Shown here piece by piece: positions 15,180 through 23,425 of a DNA stretch of 24,000 nt. The notes beneath the pieces are model-generated. The model saw nothing but the letters and a program-made list of their open reading frames with translations, was not told where the DNA came from and searched no databases. The translations under genes were made by a program, and so were the position numbers. Origin of the DNA: Natronorarus salvus (GTDB taxonomy: Archaea; Halobacteriota; Halobacteria; Halobacteriales; Halalkalicoccaceae); contig NZ_CP144125.1 in NCBI RefSeq assembly GCF_036429475.1, positions 2,783,521 to 2,807,520 of the forward strand, in the 5' to 3' direction. The first letter of the stretch is position 1. Each line of letters begins with the position of its first letter.

Positions 15180-16838
15180 GTGGTCCGCGTGAGCGAGAGC
15201 GTCGGCGACGGCTTCTCGCGGACCTGCCGGCTGCTCGCCGAGCGGATCGTCGCGGGCGAGATCGAGCGCGAGGACCTGGAGTCGGCGAAGCTCGAGGCGT
15301 GTTCGCGCTTCTCCTCGCCGAAGGTGCCGACGAACTCGGAGATCCTCGATCACGCCCCCGACGGCGAGCGCGAGACGGTCGAGGCGGTCGTCAGGCGAAA
15401 GCCCGTCCGAACCGCCTCGGGGGTCTCGCCCGTGGCGATCATGACCTCGCCACAGATGTGTCCTCACGGGAAGTGTCTCTACTGTCCCGGCGGCCCGGCC
15501 AGCGAGTTCGACAGCGCCCAGAGCTACACCGGCCACGAGCCCGCGGCCGCCCGCGGCGTGCAGAACGACTACGACGCGTACGGGCAGGTCACGCTTCGGC
15601 TCGAACAGCTCAGGGAGATCGGCCATCCGGTGGACAAAGTCGAACTGATCCTGATGGGCGGGACGATGACCGCCCGGAGCCACGACTACCAGGAGCACTT
15701 CGTCAAACGGGCACTGGAGGCGATGAACGACTACGACGTGGAGAGCGACCCGAACCCTGCGGAGGGCGAGAGCTTCGCGCAGGACCCCAGGGAGTACGAG
15801 TTCCGGTACCTCGAGGACGTGATCGCGGAGAACGAGACGGCACGGGTGAGAAACATCGGGACGACGTTCGAGACGAAGCCCGACTGGTGTGACCCCGAGC
15901 AGATCGACCGGATGCTCGGCCTGGGGGGGACGAAGGTGGAGGTGGGCGTCCAGACGACGTTCGAGCGCATCAACCGGGAGATGCACCGCGGGCACGGTAT
16001 GCAGGCGTCGGTCGACGCCAACCGGCGGCTTCGGGACGCGGCGTTCAAGGTCGGCTTCCACATGATGCCCGGCCAGCCGGGGATGAGCCACGAGATGTGT
16101 CTGGAGGACTTTCGGAGGCTGTTCGAGCAGCCGAAGTGGCGCCCTGACTACCTGAAGATCTACCCGATGCTGATCGTTCGCGGGACCAGGACGTACGACA
16201 TGTGGCGTCGCGGGGAGTACGAGCCGTTGGAGAACGAGGAGGCGGCAGAACTCGTCGCGGAGATCAAGTCGATGCTTCCGAAATACGTCAGGCTCCAGCG
16301 CGTCCAGCGGGATATCCCCGCGGACTTCATCGACGCGGGGGTCTGGAAGTCGAATTTACGACAGCTCGCGAGAGAGCGGATGGCCGAGCACGGCTGGACG
16401 TGTGACTGTATCCGGTGTCGCGAGGTCGGGATGAACGAGGAGGAGCCCGAATCCGTCGAACTCGACGTACTTACCTACGAGGCGGCGGGCGGCACGGAGC
16501 ACTTCATCAGCTTCGAGGACGGAGAGAAGGGGCTGCTCGTCGGGTTCTGCCGGCTGCGATTCCCCGGCGATCCCGTCAGACGCGAACTGGAGGACGCCGC
16601 GCTCGTGCGCGAGCTCCACGTCTACGGGAGCGAGGTCTCGGTAGGCGAGGAGAGCGCAGGTGAGGAAGACTGGCAGCACAAGGGCTACGGCCAGCGACTG
16701 ATGGCGACGGCCGAGGAGTTCGCGGCGGACGCGGGGTTCGAGAAGGTGAGCGTCATCAGCGGCATCGGGGCGCGGGAGTACTACCGGAACAAGCTCGGTT
16801 ACCACCAGGACGGCCCCTACGTCTCGAAGCGGCTGTGA
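15180..16838 (+). CDS. elp3: Elp3-type tRNA uridine(34) modification radical-SAM/GNAT enzyme
   Basis: 552-aa ORF. It has the radical-SAM Cys motif CPHGKCLYCPGG, and KVELILMGGT. The C-terminal GNAT region is LVRELHVYG...WQHKGYGQRLM. The start could be GTG 15180 or GTG 15189. Confidence 0.95.
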   Translation: MVRVSESVGDGFSRTCRLLAERIVAGEIEREDLESAKLEACSRFSSPKVPTNSEILDHAPDGERETVEAVVRRKPVRTASGVSPVAIMTSPQMCPHGKCLYCPGGPASEFDSAQSYTGHEPAAARGVQNDYDAYGQVTLRLEQLREIGHPVDKVELILMGGTMTARSHDYQEHFVKRALEAMNDYDVESDPNPAEGESFAQDPREYEFRYLEDVIAENETARVRNIGTTFETKPDWCDPEQIDRMLGLGGTKVEVGVQTTFERINREMHRGHGMQASVDANRRLRDAAFKVGFHMMPGQPGMSHEMCLEDFRRLFEQPKWRPDYLKIYPMLIVRGTRTYDMWRRGEYEPLENEEAAELVAEIKSMLPKYVRLQRVQRDIPADFIDAGVWKSNLRQLARERMAEHGWTCDCIRCREVGMNEEEPESVELDVLTYEAAGGTEHFISFEDGEKGLLVGFCRLRFPGDPVRRELEDAALVRELHVYGSEVSVGEESAGEEDWQHKGYGQRLMATAEEFAADAGFEKVSVISGIGAREYYRNKLGYHQDGPYVSKRL

Positions 16839-17172
16839 GCGGTTTCCGGGCAGATTTTGCGAGCGAAGCGAAGGGAAAAAGGAGTGACTGGCCCGTACGT
16901 CTTTAGGCGAATCTGAGGCGGTTTTCCGAGCGGTCCTTCGGGGTGACGTGCCGAGACGGCGAGCGGCCGAAACGGTGGGACGAACCGAACTACCGGGACG
17001 ACCCCGCCGGGTGCGGTTCCGTGCGCACACATATCACGAACGATACAGCTATATTCTCCTACGTCGTACTACCTCCACTGAGACTCGTTCGTTCGAGAGC
17101 CATCAGTACGGAGCTACTAATGAAACGGATCACGACGTGCGGTGTACGGTGTGTATCGGACGGTGACTGGCG

Positions 17173-17871
17173 ATGCTGATGGAGGCGCTCGAGTATCCTC
17201 GGCGGAGCGAGAAGGTCGTCGAGACGGTCCTCATCGGTGGGGTCCTCGCGCTGTTGAGCTTCCTGCTCGTCCCGATCGTCTTCCTCGCGGGCTACCTCCT
17301 GCGGGTGCTCGACCGGACCGCCCGGGGTGAGGAGGAGCCGCCGGTCTTCGACGACTGGCGCGACCTCGGTCTCGACGGGCTGAAAGCGGTCGTCGTCGGG
17401 GTCGTCTACGGGTTGATCCCGGCGGTCGTCGTCGGCGTGTTGGTCCTGATCAGCGGCCTCGGCTTCATGGGCGGCGACGCGCTCGCCGCGGTCGGGTTCC
17501 TCGGCCTGCTGGTGAGCTTCCTCGTCGGCGTCGTCCTGACGCTGGCGATGGCGTACCTCACCCCCGCGGCGCTCGCGAACGTCGCCGAGCACCGGACGAT
17601 CGGCGCGGGCTTCGATCTCGCCGAACTCAAACCCGTCTGGACGAGCGCGACCTACGCGACCGGCTGGCTCTGGGCGCTCGCCGTGATCTTCGTCGGCGTC
17701 GTCGCTGCCGCGGTGGTCGGGATGGTCCCGATCCTCGGCCAGATCGCGGGCGCGTTCATCGGCTTCTACGCCGGCGTCGCGGCCTACTCGATCATCGGCC
17801 GAACCTGGGGCGAGCTCCACCCGATCGAGACCAGGGAACGGCCGGTCGAGCGTGGACAGCCCGAGATCTGA
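17173..17871 (+). CDS. DUF4013-like polytopic membrane protein
   Basis: 232-aa ORF. The N-terminus LEYPRRSEKVVETVLIGGVLALLSFLLVPIVFLAGYLLRVL is followed by a P-V-F-DDW segment. This is characteristic of the haloarchaeal DUF4013 family. Confidence 0.75.
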   Translation: MLMEALEYPRRSEKVVETVLIGGVLALLSFLLVPIVFLAGYLLRVLDRTARGEEEPPVFDDWRDLGLDGLKAVVVGVVYGLIPAVVVGVLVLISGLGFMGGDALAAVGFLGLLVSFLVGVVLTLAMAYLTPAALANVAEHRTIGAGFDLAELKPVWTSATYATGWLWALAVIFVGVVAAAVVGMVPILGQIAGAFIGFYAGVAAYSIIGRTWGELHPIETRERPVERGQPEI

Positions 17872-17877
17872 GTTCTC

Positions 17878-18303
17878 CTATTTTCCCGTCCTGAGATACA
17901 TCCCCCGCGAGGCGGGCGCGACGGGCTCGAACCCCCACTTCTCGTAGAAGCCCTCGACGTCCGCGATCAGCGTGAGGGACGCACCCTCCGGCGCGTCCTC
18001 TCCGACGAACACCATCAGTCGATCCATGATCGCGGAGCCGATCCCCTCCCCCTGATACCGCGGATCGACCGCCACGTCCGCGATCACGTAGACGCTCCCG
18101 CCGTCGCCGACGACGCGGCCAATGCCGACGACCTCCCCGGTGACGCGGGCGGTCACGGCGACGAGCGAGCCGGGGAGGCCGCGTTCGACCGCCTCCCGTC
18201 CCCTCTCGGCCATCCCCGCCGCCTCTCGCAGCCGGAGGAACTCGTCGACGGTCGGTTGTTCGTCGAGGCGGTCGTACGCCGTCCCCTCCCGGTCGTCGTC
18301 CAT
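17878..18303 (-). CDS. GNAT-family N-acetyltransferase
   Basis: This is the internal ATG 18303..18301 of the 500-aa track ORF 17878..19380. It has acetyl-CoA motif A (VAVDPRYQGEGIGSAIM) and FYEKWGF. The rest of the 500-aa ORF is an R/P-rich off-frame reading of the CPBP gene. Confidence 0.85.
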   Translation of the reverse strand: MDDDREGTAYDRLDEQPTVDEFLRLREAAGMAERGREAVERGLPGSLVAVTARVTGEVVGIGRVVGDGGSVYVIADVAVDPRYQGEGIGSAIMDRLMVFVGEDAPEGASLTLIADVEGFYEKWGFEPVAPASRGMYLRTGK

Positions 18304-18359
18304 TCCCGTACTCGCCCGTAGAGAACCAAATGGGCGTCGTCTCCTTCGGCCTCGACTCC

Positions 18360-19139
18360 TCAGCCGACCACGAGCAGCGTCGCGAGGTCGACGTCGCTCG
18401 TGAGCGTGTAGTAGAGCAGGCCGAACTGGATCGCGTTGAACAGGCCGTGGATCACCGACGGGACGACGAGATTCCCGCTCCTCTCGTAGACCCCGCCGAG
18501 GATCAGGCTCAGCGCGACGTAGATGCCGAGCGTGGAGGTGAGCTGTGCCGGGTCGGTCGCCACGAGCGCGCCGACGTGGGCCACGGCGAAGATGACGCTC
18601 GCGACGGCGATTCCGGCCCAGATGCCGAAGCGGTCGACGAGGATCCGCTGGATCACGCCCCGGAAGAGGAGCTCCTCGCCGGGGCCGATCAGCAGGATCG
18701 ACAGCGGGATCATCACGAGCAGGATCTCGGGGTTCTCGCCGCCGAGGCCGACGATGCTGTGTTCGGCGGATTCGACCCCGAAGGTCAGCAGGACGAGGTT
18801 GAGCGCGATCAGGGCGACGAACAGACCCACCAGCCCGAGCACCGTCCAGATGACGTCCGAGAGCGTCGGCACGCGCAGCCAGAGGATGTCGAAGCCGTGA
18901 CGGCTGAAGTAGATGTAGCCGAGCGCGACGGAGCCGAAACCGACCCCCTGGAGCATCACGACGCTCACGACGATCTCGATCAACGGCTGTTCGAGCAGCG
19001 GGACGCCGCTCGCGAGGAGGACGGCCGCGGCGGCGAACGTGAAGACGATCCCCACCAGAAAGCCCGCGACCGCGACGCCGACGCTCTCGCCGAGGACCCG
19101 GATCGCGGAGACCCGCCGGACTTCGGATGCGTTTTCCAT
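18360..19139 (-). CDS. CPBP-family (CAAX/Abi) intramembrane glutamic endopeptidase
   Basis: 259-aa polytopic ORF with the three CPBP motifs: GPGEELLFRG, FAVAH and HGLFN. Confidence 0.9.
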   Translation of the reverse strand: MENASEVRRVSAIRVLGESVGVAVAGFLVGIVFTFAAAAVLLASGVPLLEQPLIEIVVSVVMLQGVGFGSVALGYIYFSRHGFDILWLRVPTLSDVIWTVLGLVGLFVALIALNLVLLTFGVESAEHSIVGLGGENPEILLVMIPLSILLIGPGEELLFRGVIQRILVDRFGIWAGIAVASVIFAVAHVGALVATDPAQLTSTLGIYVALSLILGGVYERSGNLVVPSVIHGLFNAIQFGLLYYTLTSDVDLATLLVVG

Positions 19140-19222
19140 CGCCCGAAGTTCGGGCCGACGGCTCTTTGGCGTGTCGGGTTCGGGACGGAAACGCTTTTGC
19201 GCGGACCGCCTCGACTCGGTAC

Positions 19223-19543
19223 ATGGACTGGCCGCACGACCCGGACGGCGAGGAGGGAAGCGAGGGGATGCGCAAGTACGACATGGCGGTCTTCGCGAAG
19301 AAGGTCGACGAGGACGACGACTTCCCGCTCACGTTCTCGGAGTTCGAGGCCCGCGTCGGCGACCACCCGATCCGGATCAACTCGGAGAAAGTGGTCCCCG
19401 CGCGCGAGATCCTCGCTCACGTCGACGTCGAAGAGGTAGAGGACATCCTCGAGTTCCACCGCGCGATCGGTCGGGCGATGCGCGAGGGCGGTTTCTGGGA
19501 CTACCACCCGGTCGGGGCGAACCCCGAGGTAAAACGCGCGTAG
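19223..19543 (+). CDS. Small acidic conserved hypothetical protein (DUF5785-like)
   Basis: This is the internal ATG 19223 of track ORF 19127..19543. The product is MDWPHDPDGEEGSEGMRKYDMAVFAKKVDEDDDFPLTFSEFEARVGDHPIRI.... ATG 19127 would overlap the divergent CPBP start. A T-run (CTTTTG, 19194-19199) lies about 27 nt upstream. Confidence 0.7.
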   Translation: MDWPHDPDGEEGSEGMRKYDMAVFAKKVDEDDDFPLTFSEFEARVGDHPIRINSEKVVPAREILAHVDVEEVEDILEFHRAIGRAMREGGFWDYHPVGANPEVKRA

Positions 19544-19551
19544 TCGGAAAA

Positions 19552-20241
19552 TCAGTCGACGTCGTACTCGAGCGCGACCGTCGGATCGTTCTCTCTCGCC
19601 ATCGTCCGCTCCCAGCGTCGACTCTCCTCCTCGAACTCCGCGTCGACCATCCCCTGTAAGAGCGAGATCGCGACGCTGTTGGCGCCCTCCGGGAGGATGA
19701 GATCCGCCCGTCGCTTCGTGGGCTCGACGAACTGCTCGTGCATCGGCTTCACCGTCGAGAGGTACTGTTCGATCACGCCCTCGAGTTCGCGACCACGGTC
19801 GAGGACGTCGCGGCGGATCCGCCGGAGGATCCTGACGTCGGCGTCGGTCTCGACGTAGATCCGGAGGTCCTGCATCTCGGTGAGCCGCTCGTCGTAGAGC
19901 GCGAACAGCCCCTCGACGACGACTACGTCCGTCGGCTCGACCGTGACCCGTTCGTCGGTCCGGGCGTGGGCCTCGAAGTCGTACTGTGGCATCTCGATCG
20001 ACCGGCCCGAGAGGAGCAGTTCGAGGTGTTCGACGACGAGCTCCCACTCGAACGCCGAGGGGTGGTCGTAGTTCGCCGTTCGGCGCTCGTCGAACGAGAG
20101 CGTCGGATCCTCCGCGTAGTAGTTGTCGAGGGGGATGTGTGTGACGCCCTCGGCGATCCCCCCGGTGATCTCCCTGCTGACGGTCGTCTTCCCGGCGCCG
20201 GTCCCCCCGGCGATACCGATGACGAGCGACGGGATGGTCAT
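19552..20241 (-). CDS. udk: Uridine kinase
   Basis: Track ORF 19552..20271. I prefer the internal ATG 20241. Motifs are the P-loop IGIAGGTGAGKTT, NYDHPSAFE, VVVEGLFAL, and RRIRRD...GR. The alternative start is 20271. Confidence 0.9.
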   Translation of the reverse strand: MTIPSLVIGIAGGTGAGKTTVSREITGGIAEGVTHIPLDNYYAEDPTLSFDERRTANYDHPSAFEWELVVEHLELLLSGRSIEMPQYDFEAHARTDERVTVEPTDVVVVEGLFALYDERLTEMQDLRIYVETDADVRILRRIRRDVLDRGRELEGVIEQYLSTVKPMHEQFVEPTKRRADLILPEGANSVAISLLQGMVDAEFEEESRRWERTMARENDPTVALEYDVD

Positions 20242-20300
20242 GGCCCACCCTCGACCCGCCGACGGGTTCAACCTCCCGGTTCGGACGAGCGGTTCACTCG

Positions 20301-20307
20301 ATTTATG
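20301..20307 (+). promoter_or_regulatory. TATA-box-like element (ATTTATG) for GTP cyclohydrolase III
   Basis: It lies about 31 nt upstream of the in-frame GTG 20335. This supports that start (product MTNTQVTLIQIDNYGPW) over ATG 20305, which lies inside the box. Confidence 0.5.
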
Positions 20308-20334
20308 TCACCGCCCTCCGTAGCCCCGCCAACC

Positions 20335-21126
20335 GTGACGAACACGCAGGTCACCCTCATCCAGATCGATAACTACGGCCCGTGGACCGTCACCCCCGAG
20401 CCCCGTCGGGAGGTCGACCTCCAGACGCTACAGTCGCGGCTGTATGCGGACCTCTGCCAGCAGATCGGCAACCGCGACGGCTACGTCTTCTTCACTCGCT
20501 TCGACAACATGATCGCCGTCACGAACGGCATCGACGTGGAGGGTCACGCCCGCATCCAGGAGTCGATCGGGAACCGCTATCCGGTGACGCTCTCGCTCTC
20601 GACCGCGACGGGGACGACGCCGGCTGGCGCGCTCCGCGACGCGACGAGCCAGCTCCAGGAAGCGGGGAGCGCCCAGGAGGCCGCCCGCCGCGAGATCCTC
20701 AGGGGTCGGACGATCGACCCCGAGTTCGCGACCGACGAGGACGTCCAGATCGCCCACTTCGACGTCGTCGACGCGACCGGCGAGTACACCGACCAGGTCG
20801 ACGCATTCTCGGCGTTCATCGACATCGAACGGGGCTACGCCGAGCTGACGAGACATCTCTACGCCGAGTACGACTCGCTCTCGTTTTTCGTCGGCGGGGA
20901 CAACTTCATCGCGGTCTGTTCCGGGCTCGAGGAGACGGCGTTCCGCGAGACGATCGCCCACGTCGAGGAGGCCGTCGACGTCTCGCTCAGAGTCGGCGTC
21001 GGGAGGGGAGAGAACGCACACGGCGCGGGGATGTCGGCGAAACACGCCCTCGAGACCTGCCGCGGGCGGGGGACGCCGATCGAGTTCGCCGCTCCATCTC
21101 GTCTCCTACACGACAGCCGGGAATAA
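20335..21126 (+). CDS. gch3: GTP cyclohydrolase III (archaeal riboflavin/F420 pathway, MJ0145 family)
   Basis: This is an internal start of track ORF 19738..21126. Family hallmarks are VTLIQIDNYGPWTVTPEPRRE...LQSRLYADL...FFTRFDNMIAVTNG...FFVGGDNFIAVC. The alternative start is ATG 20305. Confidence 0.9.
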   Translation: MTNTQVTLIQIDNYGPWTVTPEPRREVDLQTLQSRLYADLCQQIGNRDGYVFFTRFDNMIAVTNGIDVEGHARIQESIGNRYPVTLSLSTATGTTPAGALRDATSQLQEAGSAQEAARREILRGRTIDPEFATDEDVQIAHFDVVDATGEYTDQVDAFSAFIDIERGYAELTRHLYAEYDSLSFFVGGDNFIAVCSGLEETAFRETIAHVEEAVDVSLRVGVGRGENAHGAGMSAKHALETCRGRGTPIEFAAPSRLLHDSRE

Positions 21127-21140
21127 ACCTGCCGGAGGTA

Positions 21141-21150
21141 CATTTTATAC
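21141..21150 (+). promoter_or_regulatory. TATA-box-like element (CATTTTATAC)
   Basis: Its centre is about 27 nt upstream of ATG 21173. Confidence 0.55.
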
Positions 21151-21172
21151 CGACGGTGTGTAATGGTGTATC

Positions 21173-21748
21173 ATGGTCGACGAAGTAACCGTCCGGGACG
21201 TCATGACCCGGGAGTTCGTCGGGGTCAGCGAGTCCGACTCCGTCGGCGAGGTCATCGACGTGCTGCTGGCCGACGGGGTCTCGGGCGTCGTCGTCCTCAG
21301 GGGGCGAGAGCCGGTGGGCATGGTCACCGAACGCGACCTGCTCGCCTCGCTCACCTCGCCCTCCGGAACCGACACGCCGATCGCCGACGCAATGAGCGCC
21401 GGCTGCCCGACCGTCTCTCCCGGTGACGGCCTCGCCGACGCTGCCGCGACGCTCTCCTCGGAGGAGATGAGCCACCTGCTGGTGATGAACGGCCAGGAGC
21501 CGGTCGGCGTCCTCACGACCCAGGACGTCGTCGCGGCCTCGGCGAGCGCGCTCTCGTCGCTCGACCACGAACACGAGCGTGATCGGGAGCGCGACCGGGA
21601 GTTCGACCGCGAGAACCGGGGGCGAGGCGAGCGGTCCGAGGACGACACCTACTCCACACAGAGCGTCTGTGAGGCCTGTGGCTCGCTCATGCCCGGGCTC
21701 CAGACGGTCAACGGCGAGAGCGTCTGTGCGGACTGTCGGGGCGCGTAG
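21173..21748 (+). CDS. CBS-domain pair protein with C-terminal Zn ribbon
   Basis: 191-aa ORF with two CBS repeats (VRDVMTREFVGV...GVVVL...VGMVTERDLL and IADAMS...LLVMNGQEPVGVLTTQDV). A charged RD/RE linker follows, then CEACG...CADC. Confidence 0.85.
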   Translation: MVDEVTVRDVMTREFVGVSESDSVGEVIDVLLADGVSGVVVLRGREPVGMVTERDLLASLTSPSGTDTPIADAMSAGCPTVSPGDGLADAAATLSSEEMSHLLVMNGQEPVGVLTTQDVVAASASALSSLDHEHERDRERDREFDRENRGRGERSEDDTYSTQSVCEACGSLMPGLQTVNGESVCADCRGA

Positions 21749-21753
21749 GCCCG

Positions 21754-22245
21754 ATGGAGCGCGAGGAGCTGTCGATCCGTCCGGCGACGGTCTCGGACAC
21801 CGACGCGGTCGCCGACCTCTGGGTCGAGCTCGCCGAGGGTCAGCGAGCACACGGCTCACACCTCCGCAGCGGCGAGAACCGCGACCGGATTCGCGAGTCG
21901 ATCGGTCGCCACGCGATCTCGGGGGGCGTGGTCGTCGCCTCGGACGCCGATCGGATCGTCGGCTTCGTTAGCTTCTCGATGGAACAGCGCCTCTACGAGA
22001 CGGACGCCGATCGAGGAGTGGTCCACAACCTCTTCGTCAGCCCCGAGAACCGGGGCACCGGGATCGGTTCCCGGCTACTCGCAGCGGCCGAGGTCGGCCT
22101 CGTAGAGGAGGGCGCGGAGGCCGTTTCGCTCGAGACGCTCGCGGCGAACGAGGCGGCGCGACGCTTCTATCGGAGACACGGCTACGACCCCCACCGGATC
22201 GAGTTCGAGAAACGAGTCGAAACCGATAACCCCCCCGACCGTTAG
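21754..22245 (+). CDS. GNAT-family N-acetyltransferase
   Basis: 163-aa ORF. It has IRPATVSDTDAV, motif A (LFVSPENRGTGIGSRLL) and RFYRRHGY. Confidence 0.9.
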   Translation: MEREELSIRPATVSDTDAVADLWVELAEGQRAHGSHLRSGENRDRIRESIGRHAISGGVVVASDADRIVGFVSFSMEQRLYETDADRGVVHNLFVSPENRGTGIGSRLLAAAEVGLVEEGAEAVSLETLAANEAARRFYRRHGYDPHRIEFEKRVETDNPPDR

Positions 22246-22258
22246 CTCACGTATGCGC

Positions 22259-22332
22259 GCCAGTGGAGCTTGGGTGGTACAAGCACTCGACTTGTAATCG
22301 AGAGTTCGTGGGTTCGAATCCCACCACTGGCT
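22259..22332 (+). tRNA. tRNA-Thr (anticodon TGT)
   Basis: I folded a 74-nt cloverleaf by hand:
- acceptor GCCAGTG/CACTGGC
- D arm GCTT-GGGTGGTAC-AAGC
- anticodon arm CTCGA-CTTGTAA-TCGAG (anticodon TGT)
- variable loop AGTTC
- T arm GTGGG-TTCGAAT-CCCAC
- discriminator T

Position 8 is G rather than the usual U. CCA is not encoded in register. Confidence 0.85.
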
Positions 22333-22384
22333 TCCACGAAACCCCACCGGTAGGGTTGCCGGCCCCCATCGAACTGCCAAAAAG

Positions 22385-22394
22385 AATATTTATC
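22385..22394 (+). promoter_or_regulatory. TATA-box-like element (AATATTTATC)
   Basis: It lies about 25 nt upstream of ATG 22415. Confidence 0.5.
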
Positions 22395-22414
22395 TCTACC
22401 GTATACGTTCTCGG

Positions 22415-22636
22415 ATGAGCGAGGAGGTGTGGATCGGGATGGTCTGGGGGCTCGTCGGTTCAGCGCTGCTCGTCATCGGATCGGGCGCGTTCGTCCACCT
22501 CGCCCGGTCGCTGTCGTCGTCGGGCGAGCCGGTGCTCAGGACCTCCCTCGTCCCGGCGGCCGACCCGGCGACCTTGGCGGTCATGCTCGTCCTCGGCACG
22601 CTGGTCGTCGGGACGCTCGCCCTCGGTCGGCGATAA
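22415..22636 (+). CDS. Small two-helix membrane protein, unknown function
   Basis: 73-aa ORF with two hydrophobic stretches (WIGMVWGLVGSALLVIGSGAFV and LAVMLVLGTLVVGTLAL). It has high GC3 and a TATA-like box at about -25. Confidence 0.55.
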   Translation: MSEEVWIGMVWGLVGSALLVIGSGAFVHLARSLSSSGEPVLRTSLVPAADPATLAVMLVLGTLVVGTLALGRR

Positions 22637-22783
22637 GCTGCCTCCCCGCCCGGGTGTGAGAAGTTCAGAAAGGGGGAGGGGAAGGGCAGTTGGGGCGTTT
22701 GCGGGGACGTACGGCGGTCGGTCGTCACAGCGTACCCCGCAGTCGATTCTCTGGGGGGTCCCTGTAATGAGTCTTCTGTCAGA

Positions 22784-23071
22784 CTACGCGCTCGCCTCGC
22801 GGAGCGCCTCCGCGAGCCTGGGGTGGAGCTCGGCTCCGCCGTCGTCGTCGACGTCGATCAGCGGGTCGCCACGGAGCGCCTCCTCCAGGGTCCCGACGCG
22901 CTTTTTGATCGTCCGCTCCGTGTAGCCGGTCTCGTCGGCGAGCTCTTCGACGGTGAGCGGTCCGTGAGCCTCGGCGAGCGCGACGGCGATGTCGTACTCG
23001 GAGTCACGGTACTCCGTCTGCATCTTCTCAACGAGCGTCACCAGCTCCGGCGGCACCTCGTTCGCGGCCAT
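22784..23071 (-). CDS. Small winged-helix/HTH-type putative transcription regulator
   Basis: 95-aa acidic ORF. The segment PLTVEELADETGYTERTIKKRVGTLEE has an HTH-like pattern. Confidence 0.65.
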   Translation of the reverse strand: MAANEVPPELVTLVEKMQTEYRDSEYDIAVALAEAHGPLTVEELADETGYTERTIKKRVGTLEEALRGDPLIDVDDDGGAELHPRLAEALREASA

Positions 23072-23165
23072 ATCCCCCCTCTACACGGCCGGTACGTAAA
23101 ACCCGCACCCTTTGGCGTGGCGGCCGCGGCCGAGAGCGGCCGCACCGGCTCAGGGTTAACCGGTG

Positions 23166-23173
23166 ATTTATAG
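23166..23173 (+). promoter_or_regulatory. Orphan TATA-box-like element (ATTTATAG) with no recognised gene 25-30 nt downstream
   Basis: GTGATTTATAGCCACG resembles the other TATA-like boxes in this window. The nearest recognisable start downstream is ATG 23426, about 255 nt away. A GTG at 23195 opens only a 31-codon ORF. Confidence 0.4.
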
Positions 23174-23425
23174 CCACGTTGACGAGAGATCAGCGTGCGG
23201 GGAGGAGGGTACGCGGGTGCGAACTCGGGTGAAACGTCGACCGCGGCGCGAAACCGCGTGAAAACCTTCCAACGGACTCGACCGTTTTAGCCCGTCGGGG
23301 TACTACCCTCGTTCGTCGGGTGGAGTCCATGAGCGCAACCCTCTCTGGCGATCCTGGCGACATCCACATCCCCACCCGACCGCTTCCGACCCACCAGTTA
23401 ACGCTCTCCGATCCGTACGCGACCC

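Noticed and set aside
16839-17172. SRP RNA, RNase P RNA or a C/D-box sRNA in the elp3-downstream gap.
   Set aside because: I found no conserved SRP domain-IV-like motif, no GAGGAAAGTCC-type RNase P signature and no RUGAUGA C box. Isolated CTGA tetramers are not informative.
6913-21126. A flavin-themed cluster (dodecin, FMN reductase, GTP cyclohydrolase III).
   Set aside because: The genes are separated by many unrelated genes on both strands and have independent promoters. Nothing indicates a functional cluster.
22259-23100. tRNA-Thr as the attachment site of an integrated element or provirus.
   Set aside because: There is no integrase, no repeat of the tRNA 3' half within the window, and no compositional shift downstream. 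The downstream genes look like ordinary high-GC chromosomal genes.
23174-23425. Cobalamin riboswitch upstream of the BtuF-like gene.
   Set aside because: I see only a vague resemblance (AGGGTACGCGGGTGCGAACTC and GTGAAAACC against the AGGGAA..GGTG..AA..CC core). There is no B12-box or GCCACTG element, and as far as I know cobalamin riboswitches are not established in haloarchaea. It needs an Infernal scan before any claim.
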